Below, piece after piece: positions 14,269 to 27,862 of a stretch of 64,000 bases of DNA. The translations under genes were made by a program, and so were the position numbers. Position 1 is the stretch's first letter. Each line of letters begins with the position of its first letter. The stretch is taken from NCBI GenBank assembly GCA_026770705.1, contig JANJGN010000011.1, positions 131,626,001-131,690,000 of the forward strand, read 5' to 3'. This DNA is from Isurus oxyrinchus. Its lineage: Eukaryota. The notes beneath the pieces were generated by a model. The model had not been told where the DNA came from. It was given only the letters and a program-made list of their open reading frames with translations, and searched no databases.

Positions 14269-15019
14269 GAGACAAGTGTGAAATGCAAGGCAATAGCTTG
14301 GCTTACAGTAGCTCTGGAGAGAGCATAGCTGTGGATTGCGACTTTCCTGGAATATAGATGGCCATGCATTGATAACTCATCAAACAAAGATGAAACCATT
14401 GAATGTGTAGGGGTATTTTAATGATCTGGAATCCAAGAGGGTAATGAGGGATTTGTGGTCTGTCCCTACGTGAGAGGGCAAGCCCATCAGGTAATCCAAG
14501 AATTTCTCAATGGCCCATGTGACAGCCAGTGCTTCCTTCTCAATGGTGGCATAGAGTTGCTCTGTTTCTGTTAACACTCTGGCTTCCTTGAGCTGATTAA
14601 GAACAGCGTGAAGGCCAGTGGAGCAAGTGTCGGTAGCCAGTATGGTGGGAAATGTTGGGTCATAATGTGCCAGCACACCTGAAGAGATGAGCCTGTCTTT
14701 AATACATTGAAAGGCATTCCATTGTTCAATGCCCCAGAACCATTGCTGGCCTTTCCATAGGAGATCCCCTGGAGGTTCCATGATGGTGGCTAAGTTTGGG
14801 ATAAACTTGTCCACCTGGATTTACCATTTCTAGCACTGTTGATTGTCTGTTTTTCACTATGATTGGGGAAAGTCAGTAATGGCCTTTGTTTTGTGATGGT
14901 CCACAATGATCCTCTGTCTTTGGATGATATGTCCTAGAAATGCGGCGGTGGTCTTGGCGAATTCACACTTTTCAGTCAATGTGGGACCTGTTTCCTGGAG
15001 GGCCTTAAGAACTTCTCAA

Positions 15020-15320
15020 ACAGAATCACAGAATCACACAGTGCAGAAGAGGCCCTTTGGCCCATGGAGTCTGCACTGACACGTGAGAAACACCTGACCT
15101 ATCTACCTAATTCTATTTACCAGCACTTGGCCCATAGCCTTGAATGTTATGACGTGCCAAGTGCTCATCCAGGTACTTTTTAAGCGATGTGAGGCAACAT
15201 GCCTGCACCACCCTCCCAGGCAGTGCATTCCAAGTGGAGATAGATTCTCTCCTTCAGAATTTTCTCCAATAGTTTCCCTACCACTGACGTGAGACTCACT
15301 GGCCTGTAGTTCCCTGGCAT
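15020..15320 (-). mobile_element. CR1 3' fragment nested in Gypsy RT
   Basis: CACAGAAT tail repeats and PGNYRPVSLTSVVGKLLEKIL. Confidence 0.8.
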
Positions 15321-17360
15321 GACCCTGTAGTCACGCTCCTCTGTTGTGGAAGCATAGTTAAGGACATCATCCATGTGGCAGATAGCTTCCTGTTTGCCTT
15401 CTAGGATCATAGACTTGGTCTGCTGAAATATCTCCTGGGCTGATGAGATACCGGTTATATACATGCATTCCTGCTGAGTGAAGAGATACTTTCATTATGC
15501 AGAATATGGAGGGTCTCTGTAATCTGTCACCCATTGTGGCACAGAGTGACTATGATCTGACCTTTGACCTGCAGATTAGTTCACCTAGACCTTGAAGTTT
15601 AATATTTGATGGCTGGACAGGAACTGTGTTGAGCTGTGCTAAATTATCAGCCAGTGAGGACACCCCAGTGCCTGTATCAGGCTCAAAGCAGGTTGGAAAC
15701 CTTTTGACTTCTAAAGTGACTGATCAGAAGTCTTGGCAATGGTTTAATACTTCTCCTGGTAAGTCTGAGATGGCATGTGTCTGTTTGTGGTCTATGTTCT
15801 GGATGAGTTGTGTGCTGTAGTTATTCTGTTGTTTTCTCCACTTATTAGAGGTTTTAAGTAAACAGAACTGCTGGAAATGCCCTGTCCTCCCATTTCGGAA
15901 GCACTCTGCGCCCACTTTCAGTTTTGCCATCTGCATTGTCTCTTTGCCCCGCAGGCTAAACACTTCGAGATGCTGGCGGTATAGTTCCCCCTTTTTGGCA
16001 TGCTTCAGAATGGGTGGGGCTATGACATTTGGGCCTAAAACATAGGTGGTCCTTGCTGACGCCTTGGAGGGCAATAAGTAGAATTTGGGCTGGCCTGCCT
16101 AGTGCCATGAAATGGCTGAGTGAGCATGCGTGAGTCTGTCGCAGACTCCTGTTTGCAAGAACTAGATATCGTGCACAAAGTAGAAAGAAGTGATTTGACC
16201 GATTCTCTTGATTTGTGGGGCCTGTGGTTAAGGCATGTTCACCCCAGTAGCGATATCCTGAGGTGAAGTAAAAACATATCAAAGGCTTTTAAAACAGTGT
16301 TGAAGTCTGCAGAGGCTTCTTCAAGCCCCCTGGCTGTGAAGGATGTGCTCAGTGATAGGCCCTACAAAGTAAAGGAATAAACTAGTCTGGAGTTGCTGCT
16401 CTTCGGTAAGAAGATCCAAGGCTGCTTGTTACCTCCTGAAGTTATCGTGCCACATCTTCCAATGTCATCCTCTGTGCAGGCCCTCAAAACTTCCAAACAG
16501 GGGCACTGACTGCATGTGGAGTGCTGCCATCACCAATCTTCTCAGTTAGCCTCTTGCTTAGGCATACTTATGGGATGTCAGTCTGACCAGGACTAATGTC
16601 ACAAGCTGTGGGTGTTGTGTTAATGGCACCAACTCTTGCTTAGCTTGGTGTCCCCACCACTGCTGTTTAATGCACGCCCCAGAAAAAATAAACCGTAAAA
16701 ACTGGGAAATAAGAATTCTGTTCCGAACTGGTCTTGCATGCTTTAAAATGGAACACCAGTAAAACTGGGAAATAAGAGTATTGGTCTGAACTGTTTTTCC
16801 CTTCTGGTGTGCTCAGTCAGGTATCTTATTAAGAGGGACTGTAGCCTTATTCAGGTAGTTACTCAAAACGTGTTTATTTACACAATGTACAAAATATACA
16901 AAGTGGGTTACTGAGTAGGCACATCTCTGAGTGCTGCCCGTTTGCTGTACCAATTTTCTAGCACATGACTGCTGATGGTAATGATGCATCATAGTCTACA
17001 CCACTCAGTAGCATATCTATTCTATTAATCCAGTACACTACAAATACTACCTCTGTAAACCTATCCCTGTGATGGATACATATAAAATTACATAATATAA
17101 TCTTAAACACTGGCAATATTAAACATTACAGGGTGTGCAGAACAGAACAGACAACAGTTTTTATATTAATATTTACAAAATTAGTCATTTGTCACTAGAC
17201 CTATCTCGGTTATTCACGTAAACTGGAGTCAATGATGTATTGATTGCATTTTTTAATAATTTCACAAAATATTTGAAGTGTTATTTTTCTTTGTAACTCT
17301 TTGGAGTCAAACCAAATAAAATAAATTAACAAATCAGGGGACAAATTAAAAGGCAGCCAC

Positions 17361-17405
17361 TTCAGATGAGGGGCATATCAGATATTAAACTGATAAGAAC
17401 AGATA
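17361..17405 (-). pseudogene. RNU2: U2 snRNA fragment (from about nt 37)
   Basis: 17376-17405 reverse complement TATCTGTTCTTATCAGTTTAATATCTGATA matches vertebrate U2 nt ~37-66 as recalled, then decays. Confidence 0.88.
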
Positions 17406-17697
17406 GGCGCACAAGGCAAAAATGCAGGAAAGCAATATAATGTAGGGTGTGACAAATAATCTACCATAACAATTCAAATGAGCAAGAGAATTACTGAATG
17501 AAAATTTTTCATAAGCTGGATTTTGCCATAGAAATAATGGTGAGGCCAACAATGCTCACTGTTATTTACATTGAAATTGGGCATGCACAGTTAAATAGGG
17601 TAACTAGAAAATTGCAGCCTGAGATGCCTTGCTCATCTAAAAGCTGCATGGTATCGATATCTCGCTGAGACCGCCATTCAAATATATTGCACAGCAT

Positions 17698-18040
17698 GGG
17701 CTGGATTTTACAGTGTCCCGCAGTCCCCACCCACACCCCATCCCAGCTAAAAAGTCAGGGGGGCAGCCCACCAATAATCCCAACAATTGCACGCTTCAGT
17801 TCAATGCAGCATTAATTGCTTTAAGGCAAGATTTCTGCACCTTTTTCAGGAAGAAGTCCTGCCTCAATTATATAGCTGGCAGCTCTTCAGCCCCAGCAGC
17901 ACCAGCCAGAAGTGGTGGCCGCTACTGGGACTACAGTCAATCCCACCATGCCAAGGAGCCCAGCTGAATCTGGGGTTGGGGGGCCTTGCGAGAGAGGTGA
18001 GAATGATGGAGGGCTGGGTTCAAAAGGCTGGAGATGAGAG
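17698..18040. mobile_element. Degraded Harbinger-type MITE
   Basis: Starts GGGCTGGATTTT like the other MITE termini; right end not found. Confidence 0.45.
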
Positions 18041-18439
18041 TTAAAGACCTATGACCCTGGCTGTTGCCTTTGATAGACCCAGGAGACCTGCAAAGTGAAC
18101 AGAAATCCTGTTGACATGAATCTGTGGACATTCAGGCAAAGAATACTGGAAGCCCATCTGTCGGTGAATGAAGGTCTTGCGTAGCCATTTGTGACACAGG
18201 ATTAAATGTTTTCTTCAAAGGGTGAAGAATGCTTGGGAGGAAAATCATTGTGGCAACTAAATGCAATATGCAGAGATAAAAGGAGATGCGAAAATGTAAT
18301 GCAGCATTTCAAGATTGAAAAGTCATCAAAATAATTTTTTTAAAAATGCATTTAGCTGTAAGTCTAGAAGAGCTGCAGACAAAAACACTTAGGGGGCAAG
18401 GCATCTGAACCTTACAGTAGAAACTATTTGTTTTGTCCT

Positions 18440-18905
18440 TTCCCAGGATGTTGGTGTTGCTGGCTAGGCCAGAATTTATTGCTCAACCCCAATTGTCCTT
18501 GAGAAGGTGGTGGTGAGCTGCCTTCTTGAACTGCTGCAATCCATGGGGTGTAGGTACACACATAGTGCTGTTGGGGAGGGAGTTCCAGGATTTTAACCCA
18601 GCAACAGTGAAGGAACGGTGATATATTTCCAAGTCAGGATAGTGAGTGACTTGGAGTGGAACTTCCAGGTGGTGTTGTTTCCATGCATTTACTGCCCTTG
18701 TCCTTCTAAGTGGTAGAGGTCATGGGTTTGGAAGGTGTCGAAGGACTCTTGGTGAGTTACTGCAATGCATCTTATAGATGGTACACAATGTTGCCACTGT
18801 GCATTGGTGGTGGAGAACATGAATATTGAAGGTAGTGGCTGGGGTGGCAGACAAGCGGGCTGCTTTGCCCTGAATGTTGTTGAGTTTCTTGAATGTTGTT
18901 GGAGC
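18440..18905 (-). mobile_element. Zenon-like CR1 3' end
   Basis: Reverse complement of the tail at ~37500-37980. Confidence 0.85.
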
Positions 18906-21369
18906 GGAGATTTTCTTTGGAGTTTTGGGAAAGGATCAGCTGACCAGATTCGGAGGCCTCTCAGCTTTTAATCATAGAATAATCAAAATAAACAGCACAG
19001 ACGGAAGCCTTTAGCATATCATACCTATGCCAGCTCTTTGAAATACAGTAGCTATCAAACTAGGCCCAATCCCATAGCCCTCAATGTTTTCCCTTCAATT
19101 TATACAATTTTTTCATATTTAGTGACATATTTTATTTTGCAAGCTATTTCAGCTCGAGCTGCACAATGCTGCAGATGTACAGTGCAGTATTTCAACTTGT
19201 ACATTGGTTTTTCCAGGCATGAAATGTCCAAAGGAACCTAACTCTGGCTTTAACATTGATTCCAATGGGAACCCATGAAGCTGTTTCACTTAAAGTCACG
19301 ATTTTCACGAATGCGACCACAACTTTGAGTGAAGACTTCCTGTGCATGATTTGACCTTGAATCCTAACTGACAATTCCTCATTCAGGCTCTGTGCTGATC
19401 ATTAATGATTCTTCAATCTGATTGGTTAAGTAGATACACAGTTGCGTGTCCTGTTCACACGGATCCCAGCTTCCCAGTAGAGAATACTGTGTTCTTTTTG
19501 GTTGGCTGGCTGACAGGAAATTCCAGTGCAAAAACCCATAGAAATCCCAAGAGCAAGTGCAAATTGTGTCCATTTGCTGCATAGGACAAAATCCAGCCCT
19601 TCATGCTCTTAACGCCTTTGGATTGTGAAAATTAAATATGACACCAAATCAAGTCAGAATTCACAAAACATTAATCCTGAAAATAACTGAATATTTTGAA
19701 TCCCAAATGTGGTGTGTAAATTACATGTCCCCACAATCATTTATATTCTTAGCCATGGCAATAATGTAATTTACAGTAATTAATTATAGGTCAAGGGGTA
19801 AATTCACCCTTCGTGAAAATACATATAATTCTACTTTCCTGTTCAATTAATAGTCTGTTCACAAAATTGCAGGAAGACATGGCTTTGAAGTACATGATTT
19901 TGGAATTGTGATTTACTTTGATGGATTGCTAATCCTGGAGAAATGACAGTCAACCTCCCATGTAGGTAGAAATAACCTCCCTGCCACTACCTCAACCCCA
20001 TGCAAATAGAACACACACAGAAGTGTGTTTTTTTTTAACAAATGTGCAGGACCTGTAAGTATTAATATACCCATTGTGTATGTACTCATTTATAAGCCAC
20101 ATGCACATCTGTTGCCATAAAAATGAAAAGTCATAAAAATGAAAAGCCACAATGAGGACATCTGCTCCTTTGAAACAGTGGGCAGAATTGATCTCAGTTG
20201 CATATTAGACCTAAGGAAATTCTGGCATTTCTGTCTCCACAGTGACAAATGTATTTTAATTAAATGCAAGAGACAAGTGAGCATAGATTACACTGCAAGG
20301 GACCACAAGCACACTTGACCACTCAAAAGCTATAAAGGAAATAGGTTTCAACCACAAATTGCATCTGGCAACAACAACATATCCTTCATATTTCTGAACA
20401 GGCAAATATAATTTAATCAAACACATCAATCTGTCTATTTGGATGGGTTGCAAGCACACCTGCCCATTAAAAACTTCGATCCCACCTGCTTTTAATTGTG
20501 AAAGTGATACATGGGGAGATGACAATTGCAGTTGCATGTATTAACTTTGATAAAATATAAGAGATAAGCTAAAAATATGCTGTCCTTATAATGGGAAGGT
20601 TGGTAGTGCACCTGCCTTCAATTTGTATGAGATGAGAGAGGCCTCAGAAAATGCATTCTCTTTGCAAAGGGAACTCTTTTCCTTAATGATAATTAAAATT
20701 AAGCAAAAGATTTCCACGAAAACAACACAAGGAAATCATCCTGTCTTAATTACGTTAATTCCTGCCCTTTGATCCTAAGCAGCTGGATGCAACAGAAAGG
20801 AACTCTCAGTTTTTTTTTCTTGCTAGCAGTTTTCCTTTTTCAGTCTGATCCAGATTCAAACTTCCCAATCAAGGTTTCATGTGACAAGGCACACAGTAAA
20901 ACGTGTGAGGCATTGGCTTCTAGTGTTAGCAAAAACAATGTTATTTACCTCAGTCATGGTATATGCTTGTATGCCAGTTGGGAAAATCCAACAAAAGGAA
21001 AGGATAAGTAGCTACGCAAAAATAATCCATTTTCATCAGTTGAAATTATTTTCTTTAGTTTCCTTTCTCATATGCAATTAAGTAACAATTCTTTTTGGTC
21101 CTTATTGTCTGCCCTCTAGTCTTTCCAAAATTACTTTATGTCATATTCCTGAGTTCTCTGATATTGTCCCTGTATTTGTATTTCTTTTCTCTATGTCTTT
21201 TATTTTGGTTCATGGTGGATTAAGATAATTAAGAGTTTTACTTGGTTATTCACTAATATCATGACTAAAAAGATTAGAATTCATATAATTACGATTGGAA
21301 AATCCATTACATAATTGTGCTGTGACAAAAATATTGTTTGTAATAGATTATGGATTTAAATTCCTCACA

Positions 21370-21880
21370 TGAATCATAACATTATGCAGCACAAGAGGAG
21401 GTCACTTGTCCCGTTGTGCCTATGCTGACTCTTCAAAAAACTTATCTGATTAGTTCCCCCCCATATGCTCTTTTCTGATAATCCTGGATTTATTTCCTAT
21501 TCAAATATGAATCCAATCCCTTTTTGGAAGTTACTGTTGATTCTGCATTCACCTCCCTTACCGGAAGTACCTTACAGATAATAGCAATTCATTGTTTCAA
21601 AATAAATTCCCTTCAGCTTCCCTCTGGTTCTCTTTCTTACATCAGTCTTCTCTCTTCCAGACCCTCTTGCAAGTTGGAACAATTTCTCCATATTTATGTT
21701 ATCAATATGCTTCATAATTTTGAACACCTGTATTAAATCTCCCCTTAACCTTGAAAGAGAACAATCCCAGCTTCTCTAGTCTTGCCACGTAACTGATTTC
21801 TGGTACCATTTTAGTCAATCTCTTCTGCATTCAAGATTTTAACATTTTTCCTAAAGTGTGGCATCCAGAATTGGACACAA
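21370..21880 (-). mobile_element. Old CR1 3' fragment
   Basis: Similar to the other CR1 3' ends in the window. Confidence 0.65.
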
Positions 21881-22034
21881 TGGGTGGAACTTAGCTGGAG
21901 AGCCGGAAACCCCAGCAAGATTAAATTTCAATCAGACAGTCTGCTGGTTGCAGTTGGGGTTCCCTGCTCCTTCAGGGGGAATTTCCTGTATGAATTTCTC
22001 CTGATGTCCTGCTTCTGAGAACTGGCAGCCAACC

Positions 22035-23125
22035 AGTGTCATGGCTCAGGTGGTAGCACACTTGCCTTTGAATCATATGGTTCCAGTTCAAGTCCTGCTC
22101 CAGGGCTTGAGTACAAAAATCAAGGCTGACAGTCCAGTCCAGCAAAGAGGGGGGCATTGCTGCCTGTGTGGGTGGGAGGAGAGCGAGCATGGAACTTTGT
22201 GCCTGCGCACAGTAAAAGCTTCCTGAGGCACAGAACAGCCTCAGTGAGCTGAACCTTTTTGAACATCAGAAATAAAGAATTTAAAAATGTTAATAACATA
22301 TCCCCTCACATGAGCAGGGATATGTTACATACATACACCCAGGATTAAAAGGTCTGAATTGAAATGAAGAATTTTAATTTTTTTTAAATCACTGTTCAAA
22401 GTCTCATCCTGCCTGTGGGTGAGGTTTCGCAAAAAATCCAAAGGCCACTTGGCCTTTTTGCCTGCCCCCAACTGTAAAGACTGGCAGTGGAAAATTTCAT
22501 TTAATTACAACTTTAATGGCTCTAATGCTAACTCCCGTGCCCGCCCACTGACTGAAATATCACGTGAGTGCGCAATGACGTCGAGATGTTCATCTGACAT
22601 CATTGCGCGTCACTTTACGCTCATTTGGGTTGGGCGCATGCCCGTCCAACGAGCGCAATATTCTGCCTTAAGTCTTTCCCTCTCTTTTACTCAGAGTGCC
22701 ATCAGGAGCGGTGGCTACTGCTGGTACTGCAGGACACCCAAGGATAAAGATTGTTACTGGAGCCCAGAAAACAAGTAAGTGGGCTGGGATAGACAGGTAG
22801 GCCTTGGTTTTGGGGGCACTGCTAGGGGGTGGAGCGTTGCTAAAAGGTCAGGGAGTGTCTTCCGGCAGGCCCCTACCTTGCCATCAGCGGGTACCTCCAT
22901 TGGGTCACAGAGTACCTGAGAAGGTGATACTCCCCCCACCAGGCCGAATACATGCCCACCAAGGTTTACCTAACGGTTTGTCCATTTGGTCTGGCTTCCG
23001 CCCACCGCTGGTTGAATACCAGTGGCAGCGGGACGAGACATTTAAGTGGCCACTTAAAGGCCTCAATTGGCTTCCAGGCAGGAAGGCCATCCTTGGCCCC
23101 TGTTGCCCTGGACTTAACTGGGTAT
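22035..23125. mobile_element. tRNA-SINE head plus nested Harbinger-type MITEs
   Basis: A/B-box-like GGCTCAGGTGG..GTTCAAGTCC; MITE body homologous to 9699-10364, ending AATATTCTGCC near 22667. Confidence 0.6.
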
Positions 23126-23899
23126 AGGCATTAAACCCTGCCTTGCATTTGCAAGGGGATAGTCTGAACCTTTGAAAGGCATTTGCTTCCAATTTAGCAG
23201 CTAGATGTCTGTGGGAAATAGGGTGTGAGAGATTGCACCATGAATTTGGTCCTCTCCATCTTAACATTTTTCTTAAAATCCTCATTGAAAGGGATCAATT
23301 TCTCTCTCACTCTGAATGGGCTGAGGACATGTGTTCCTGAGAGGTCTGCTACAGATGCCTCTAGATTTGTTAAGCACTCTTTCGTAGAACAATATGATTT
23401 GCGGCAGAAGATTCCACATTCTAATTGTGCTCTGTGAAAAAAATTGACTACAGTATTGATAATGCTTCTCACATGAATGTGGTTAGTATATTCATCCACA
23501 TTCCTTCATTCTTTCCCTTCATTCCTCCACTGTCGCAGGGTCAAAACCCTGGAACTCCCTTTCTCACAACACTGTGTGCCTACACCACAGAGACTGCAGA
23601 GGTTCAAGAAGGCAGCTCACCACCACCTTCCCAAGGGCAATTAGTGATGGGCAATAAATGCTGGCCCAGCCAGCGATGCCCACATCCCATGTTGGAAATG
23701 GCCACAAAAGGGCAGATAAGTTCGCAATGCATACCCATCGATGCCTGTCAGAGGCACACATGGAAGTGGGGTGCAGGTGTTATTTGATTAAGATTGGCAT
23801 ACTGCCAGCATTAATCACATTGTAAATTAGCAGCTTATCCTGTGTTTGATTCAGCAACAAACTAAGCATTAAACCAGGATAAAACAAAAGCAATTGTAC

Positions 23900-25470
23900 A
23901 ACAATCAACTCTGCAAAGACCTCCTTACTAACATTTGGGAGAGCTGTCCCACAGATTAGTGAAGTTTGGCATTGTCATGGTCACCAAACTAACATTCCAG
24001 AATCCTACAACACCATCTTTGGGTCTGTATTAACACACCAATAGGGTAAACTCAGCAGAAGCGGGGCCTTTGAGTCTTCAGCCAGCATGAGTTCTCCTTG
24101 GACTTTCAAGGACATTAGAAAGAAACACTTCACAGGGAAGCCTGGGAAATCTCCTGACACACCCACTTAAACTGCTTATAGCCCTGACTGCTCTCCAATT
24201 ATAATTTAAAAATCCACTCCAAATATAGCAGCAGCCTTATAGAGCCAAGCCAAATCTGTTACCTCTCCCCTCTGGGCATGTATATGACTAATGAACTTTG
24301 GGGCTGATAAGTCTGACCCAACCAATTATCACCCTAATAGCCTTCTCCCAAAACATCAATACAATATTAGATGGAGTCATCAACAGTGCAATCAACTTAA
24401 TTACCAGTGACCTGTTCTTGGAGGCTTAGTTTGGGTTCCACCAAGTCTGAAACTGAAGATGGTTGATGAGAAGAAAGCAGCTCCCAAGAAGGGAGGCAAG
24501 AAAGCCTTAAAGAAACCGGCAGCAAAGGGTAGTAAGAAGTGGTGAAGGTCAAGGAAGGAGAGTTACTCCATCTGCATCTATAAAGTGATGAAGCAGTTTC
24601 ACCCCGACACCAGTATCTTCGCCAAGGCCATGAACATCATGAACTCATTCATGAACGATATTTTTGAGCACATCGTGGGTGAGGCTTCCTGCCTGGCCCA
24701 TTACAACAAGCATAGCACCATCAGCTCTCAGGAGATCCAGACCACTATGTGACTGCTGCTGCCCGGGGAACTGGCCAAGTGCGTCGTGTCGGAAGGGACA
24801 AAGACGGTGACTAGGTACACCAGCTCCAAGTAAAACTCCACAATGGGCTGAAAAACACATACCCACTAATTTTTAGATTTATCAGAGTCTCGATACATCC
24901 ATGGACACAAAAGTTGAATACCAAAGGAAACTGGTGACAGAAGCTGCCCTTTGCAGAAAGGCAGGATTTGACTAAATAAGACACCCAAGATCCTTAGCAA
25001 AGCTGAAGTCAATAGGGGTCAAATGGCAAACCCTCTTGTAACTTCAGTCCTACCTAGCACAAAAGGAAGGTGGTTATGATTATCTGAGGCCATTCTTCAC
25101 AACTCCAGGTCACTGGCGCAGATGCTCCTTGAAGAAGAGTTTTCAGCTCAGCCATTTTCTCCTGCTTCTATCCCTCATAAGATTAGGAGTGGATTGTTCG
25201 CTGATGTTCATTTTCATCCAATAATGAAACATCCCATACTAGTTTATGACTGAATCTTAATAACGCTGAGGCCTGGATTAACAAGTGGCAAGTAATGACT
25301 ATCACAAACAATTGAAACCCTCAGCATCTCCCGAAGACCTACAATGGTATAACCATCACCAAAACCCTCATTGTCATTGTCTTCATAGACACTATTGACC
25401 AGAAGTTGAACTGGACCAGCTACATGAACACAGTGGCTACAAAAGAAGCATAAATGCTGGTTATCTGTGA
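23900..25470 (+). mobile_element. Highly decayed Zenon-like CR1 hosting the H2B copy
   Basis: Patchy colinearity with 35170-37430. Confidence 0.7.
24459..24833 (+). pseudogene. H2B: Histone H2B pseudogene (probable retrocopy)
   Basis: [50 protein letters not shown]...LLLPGELAK..VSEGTKTVTRYTSSK*; 125 codons, no frameshift, two premature TGA. Confidence 0.96.
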
Positions 25471-27469
25471 CAAGTGGTTCATCATTATCATCAAAATTGT
25501 CATTGGGACCCAACATGCATATGAAAACAAGGGCTCCACTGGCTTTGGGTGGGCATCTCTGCCATCTGCTCAGTTAAAATTGCTCACGGCGATATTAAAG
25601 TTGGTAAGTCATTTGGGAAACTGCCTATCTGCCTGGTTTCAACTGGGCAGGTTGGGTTAAAATTTCTTCACTCGTATTCACACCATTTGCACTGTGTTTT
25701 CTACTAAGACAGTACCATAAACCAAGAACAATACTCAAATATACTGTTTCCAAGTTTATTAAGTTTGTCAAATTGGTGAAAAAACAAAAAGGTTTAACTT
25801 TCCATCACATACCTGCTCTTTTATTATAAATGCAAAGCCATAGTTAAATGCCTGTTATGATTCACAATTTTGATTTCATGGTGCTCTGTAGAATAAATCT
25901 ACAAAAACTCACTCCTTGTTAGAAGTTCCATTTTCCTGCCGTAACATCTATGTGATACGGTGCATTATTCATATATCAATATAGAAATACAGGTTTAATG
26001 TTCTATTTCCCCTTTGCATCAAGATTGTTTTATATTGTCTGACCTTACTCAGATTTAATTAGGTTGCAAATTCCATAATAATATATTCAAATTAGCCACA
26101 TGGAATTAAACAAACATTCTGTCTATATCACGATACCTTTGAGCAGGAGGCAGACATATTATCACAATACAGACCAGGATGATTTTTTGTCATGCGCCGT
26201 AAGTAACAAATGAAAAAAAAACTAACAGGAATGCAGTAATCAGGAAAAAATACGAAGAGTTTTTAAAAAAAATTCTCATTATCCAAATGTATAATCAATC
26301 ATGTAGGAGCAAGGATATGATCTGAATATTGAAATTAATTGGAGAAGGGCTATAAATTGTTGTGAGTAAAGTGAAGGGACAAGAGGATTGGTGGCAATAA
26401 AATTCCATCCTGTGAAAAACATGTGCTTTGGAGTTGACAATTCTGAATGGTAGGAAAAATATGACAGGGAATCAGTATTCCAGTCACCTATACTCAACTC
26501 CAATAACTAGGAAAAAAAATGCCCAGCACTCACCAATGTGGGGTCAGCAAAAGTCGAAATTTTCAGTTCTATCATTACCACAATAATTCCTTTCCATCTG
26601 CAACCAGGTAGGCCACTTACCCTGACTTGAAACAAAATAAAAACCACAATCTCTTCTTGTATCTGTTCACTTATAATTAAGTACACAGCTGTTGCTTTTT
26701 ATAAAGCTGGATGGCATTCCAATTTTTATATTCATGGACGGCTAAATACCATTTTTGTTCATAGCCCTTAGATCCCAGGAGGACAATAGGTGCTACACAA
26801 CTAAGGTTCATTTTTGGGAGCTACTTTTGTTTCATAAATATCTCTTCACTCCTATGGGCGACAGTAGAATGGAAGAGTATGGTTGAGATAAATTCATGTA
26901 TGAGGATAGTTTTGAGAAAGGGCATTTGAACATTATAGTTAGAAGATAGGCATCAATGGCATTGGGAGATAAGGAATATCAGTCAAAGTGAAAAAGTTAT
27001 GAAGCAAGGCTATAATTTTAATGGTACCTGCTAAGCCAGAAATTATAGTGAACATTAGCAGAAGTATGCTTAATACATATGACATTCCTCTCTCTGTTAT
27101 ATCAACGGATGAGTTAACAGATGTAAAATAAACTAGTGATCTCCAATTCCAGGTCTCACAGATAATTCAGATGTGAATTTTCTGTTTAATATTTAGTATA
27201 ATCTCACTGCAGCCTAAATGCAATATTTTTATTTTAATTCATTCTTGGAGTGTCACTGGCAAGGCAAGTTATTTATTGCCCTTGTTTTGTAGGTACATCC
27301 ACTGTCCTGTTAAGGAGGGAGTTCCAGGATTTTTGCCCAGGAACAGTGATACTGTTTCAGGTCAGGATGGTGTGTGACTTGGAAGGGGATTCACAACTGA
27401 TGGTATTCCCAGAGCGATTTGCGCATTGCTGTGATATGTCAAATTTTAATGGCGTAGTATAACACTGTG

Positions 27470-27820
27470 TTACCCTTGCCTCTGGACTTGTCTCTTTTCT
27501 CTTACACAAGCGGTTCGTGGGTTCAAACCTGGCTTTACAATGTGAGCACATTTTCCAGGCTGATATTTGAGTATGGCAGTGAACGAGCACTGAAGTGGCC
27601 CAGGTGAGATGTTCAACTAGGCATAAAGGATCCCATGGCAATAATTGAAAATATCATCCACTCGCTTGGTGTTCTGGCCAACGTTTTTCCTGTGTCCAAC
27701 ACCACTTGACAGTTATCTACTCATTCATTTATTTGCTGCTTGGGAGATTTTGCTGGGTGTGTTTGTCTTGCTTGTAAAACACTTGGAGAAATCCTGATCA
27801 AATGCTGAATAAAAGCAAAT
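27470..27820 (+). mobile_element. Old DeuSINE-like tRNA-derived SINE
   Basis: B-box GGTTCAAACC, central GATCCCATGGCA..CTGGCCAAC, tail AATAAAAGCAA; family assignment from memory. Confidence 0.6.
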
Positions 27821-27862
27821 TCCTTTTTTTAGACCCACTGGAGGAAGAAAATGTTACATACC

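Larger units (their letters stand above)
10651..17042 (-). mobile_element. Old two-LTR Gypsy element (LTRs ~10651-10892 and ~16805-17042) with nested inserts
   Basis: Diverged direct repeats ending ACTCTACA/ACACTACA; PPT complement CCTCCCCCC at 10893. Minus-strand fragments: integrase YLIDVDYYSRWIE, RNase H YATIEKEALAVTWA, RT ICHMDDVL. Confidence 0.85.

Noticed and set aside
17361-17405. Functional U2 snRNA gene
   Set aside because: Only ~45 of ~190 nt; lacks the 5' end and the Sm site.
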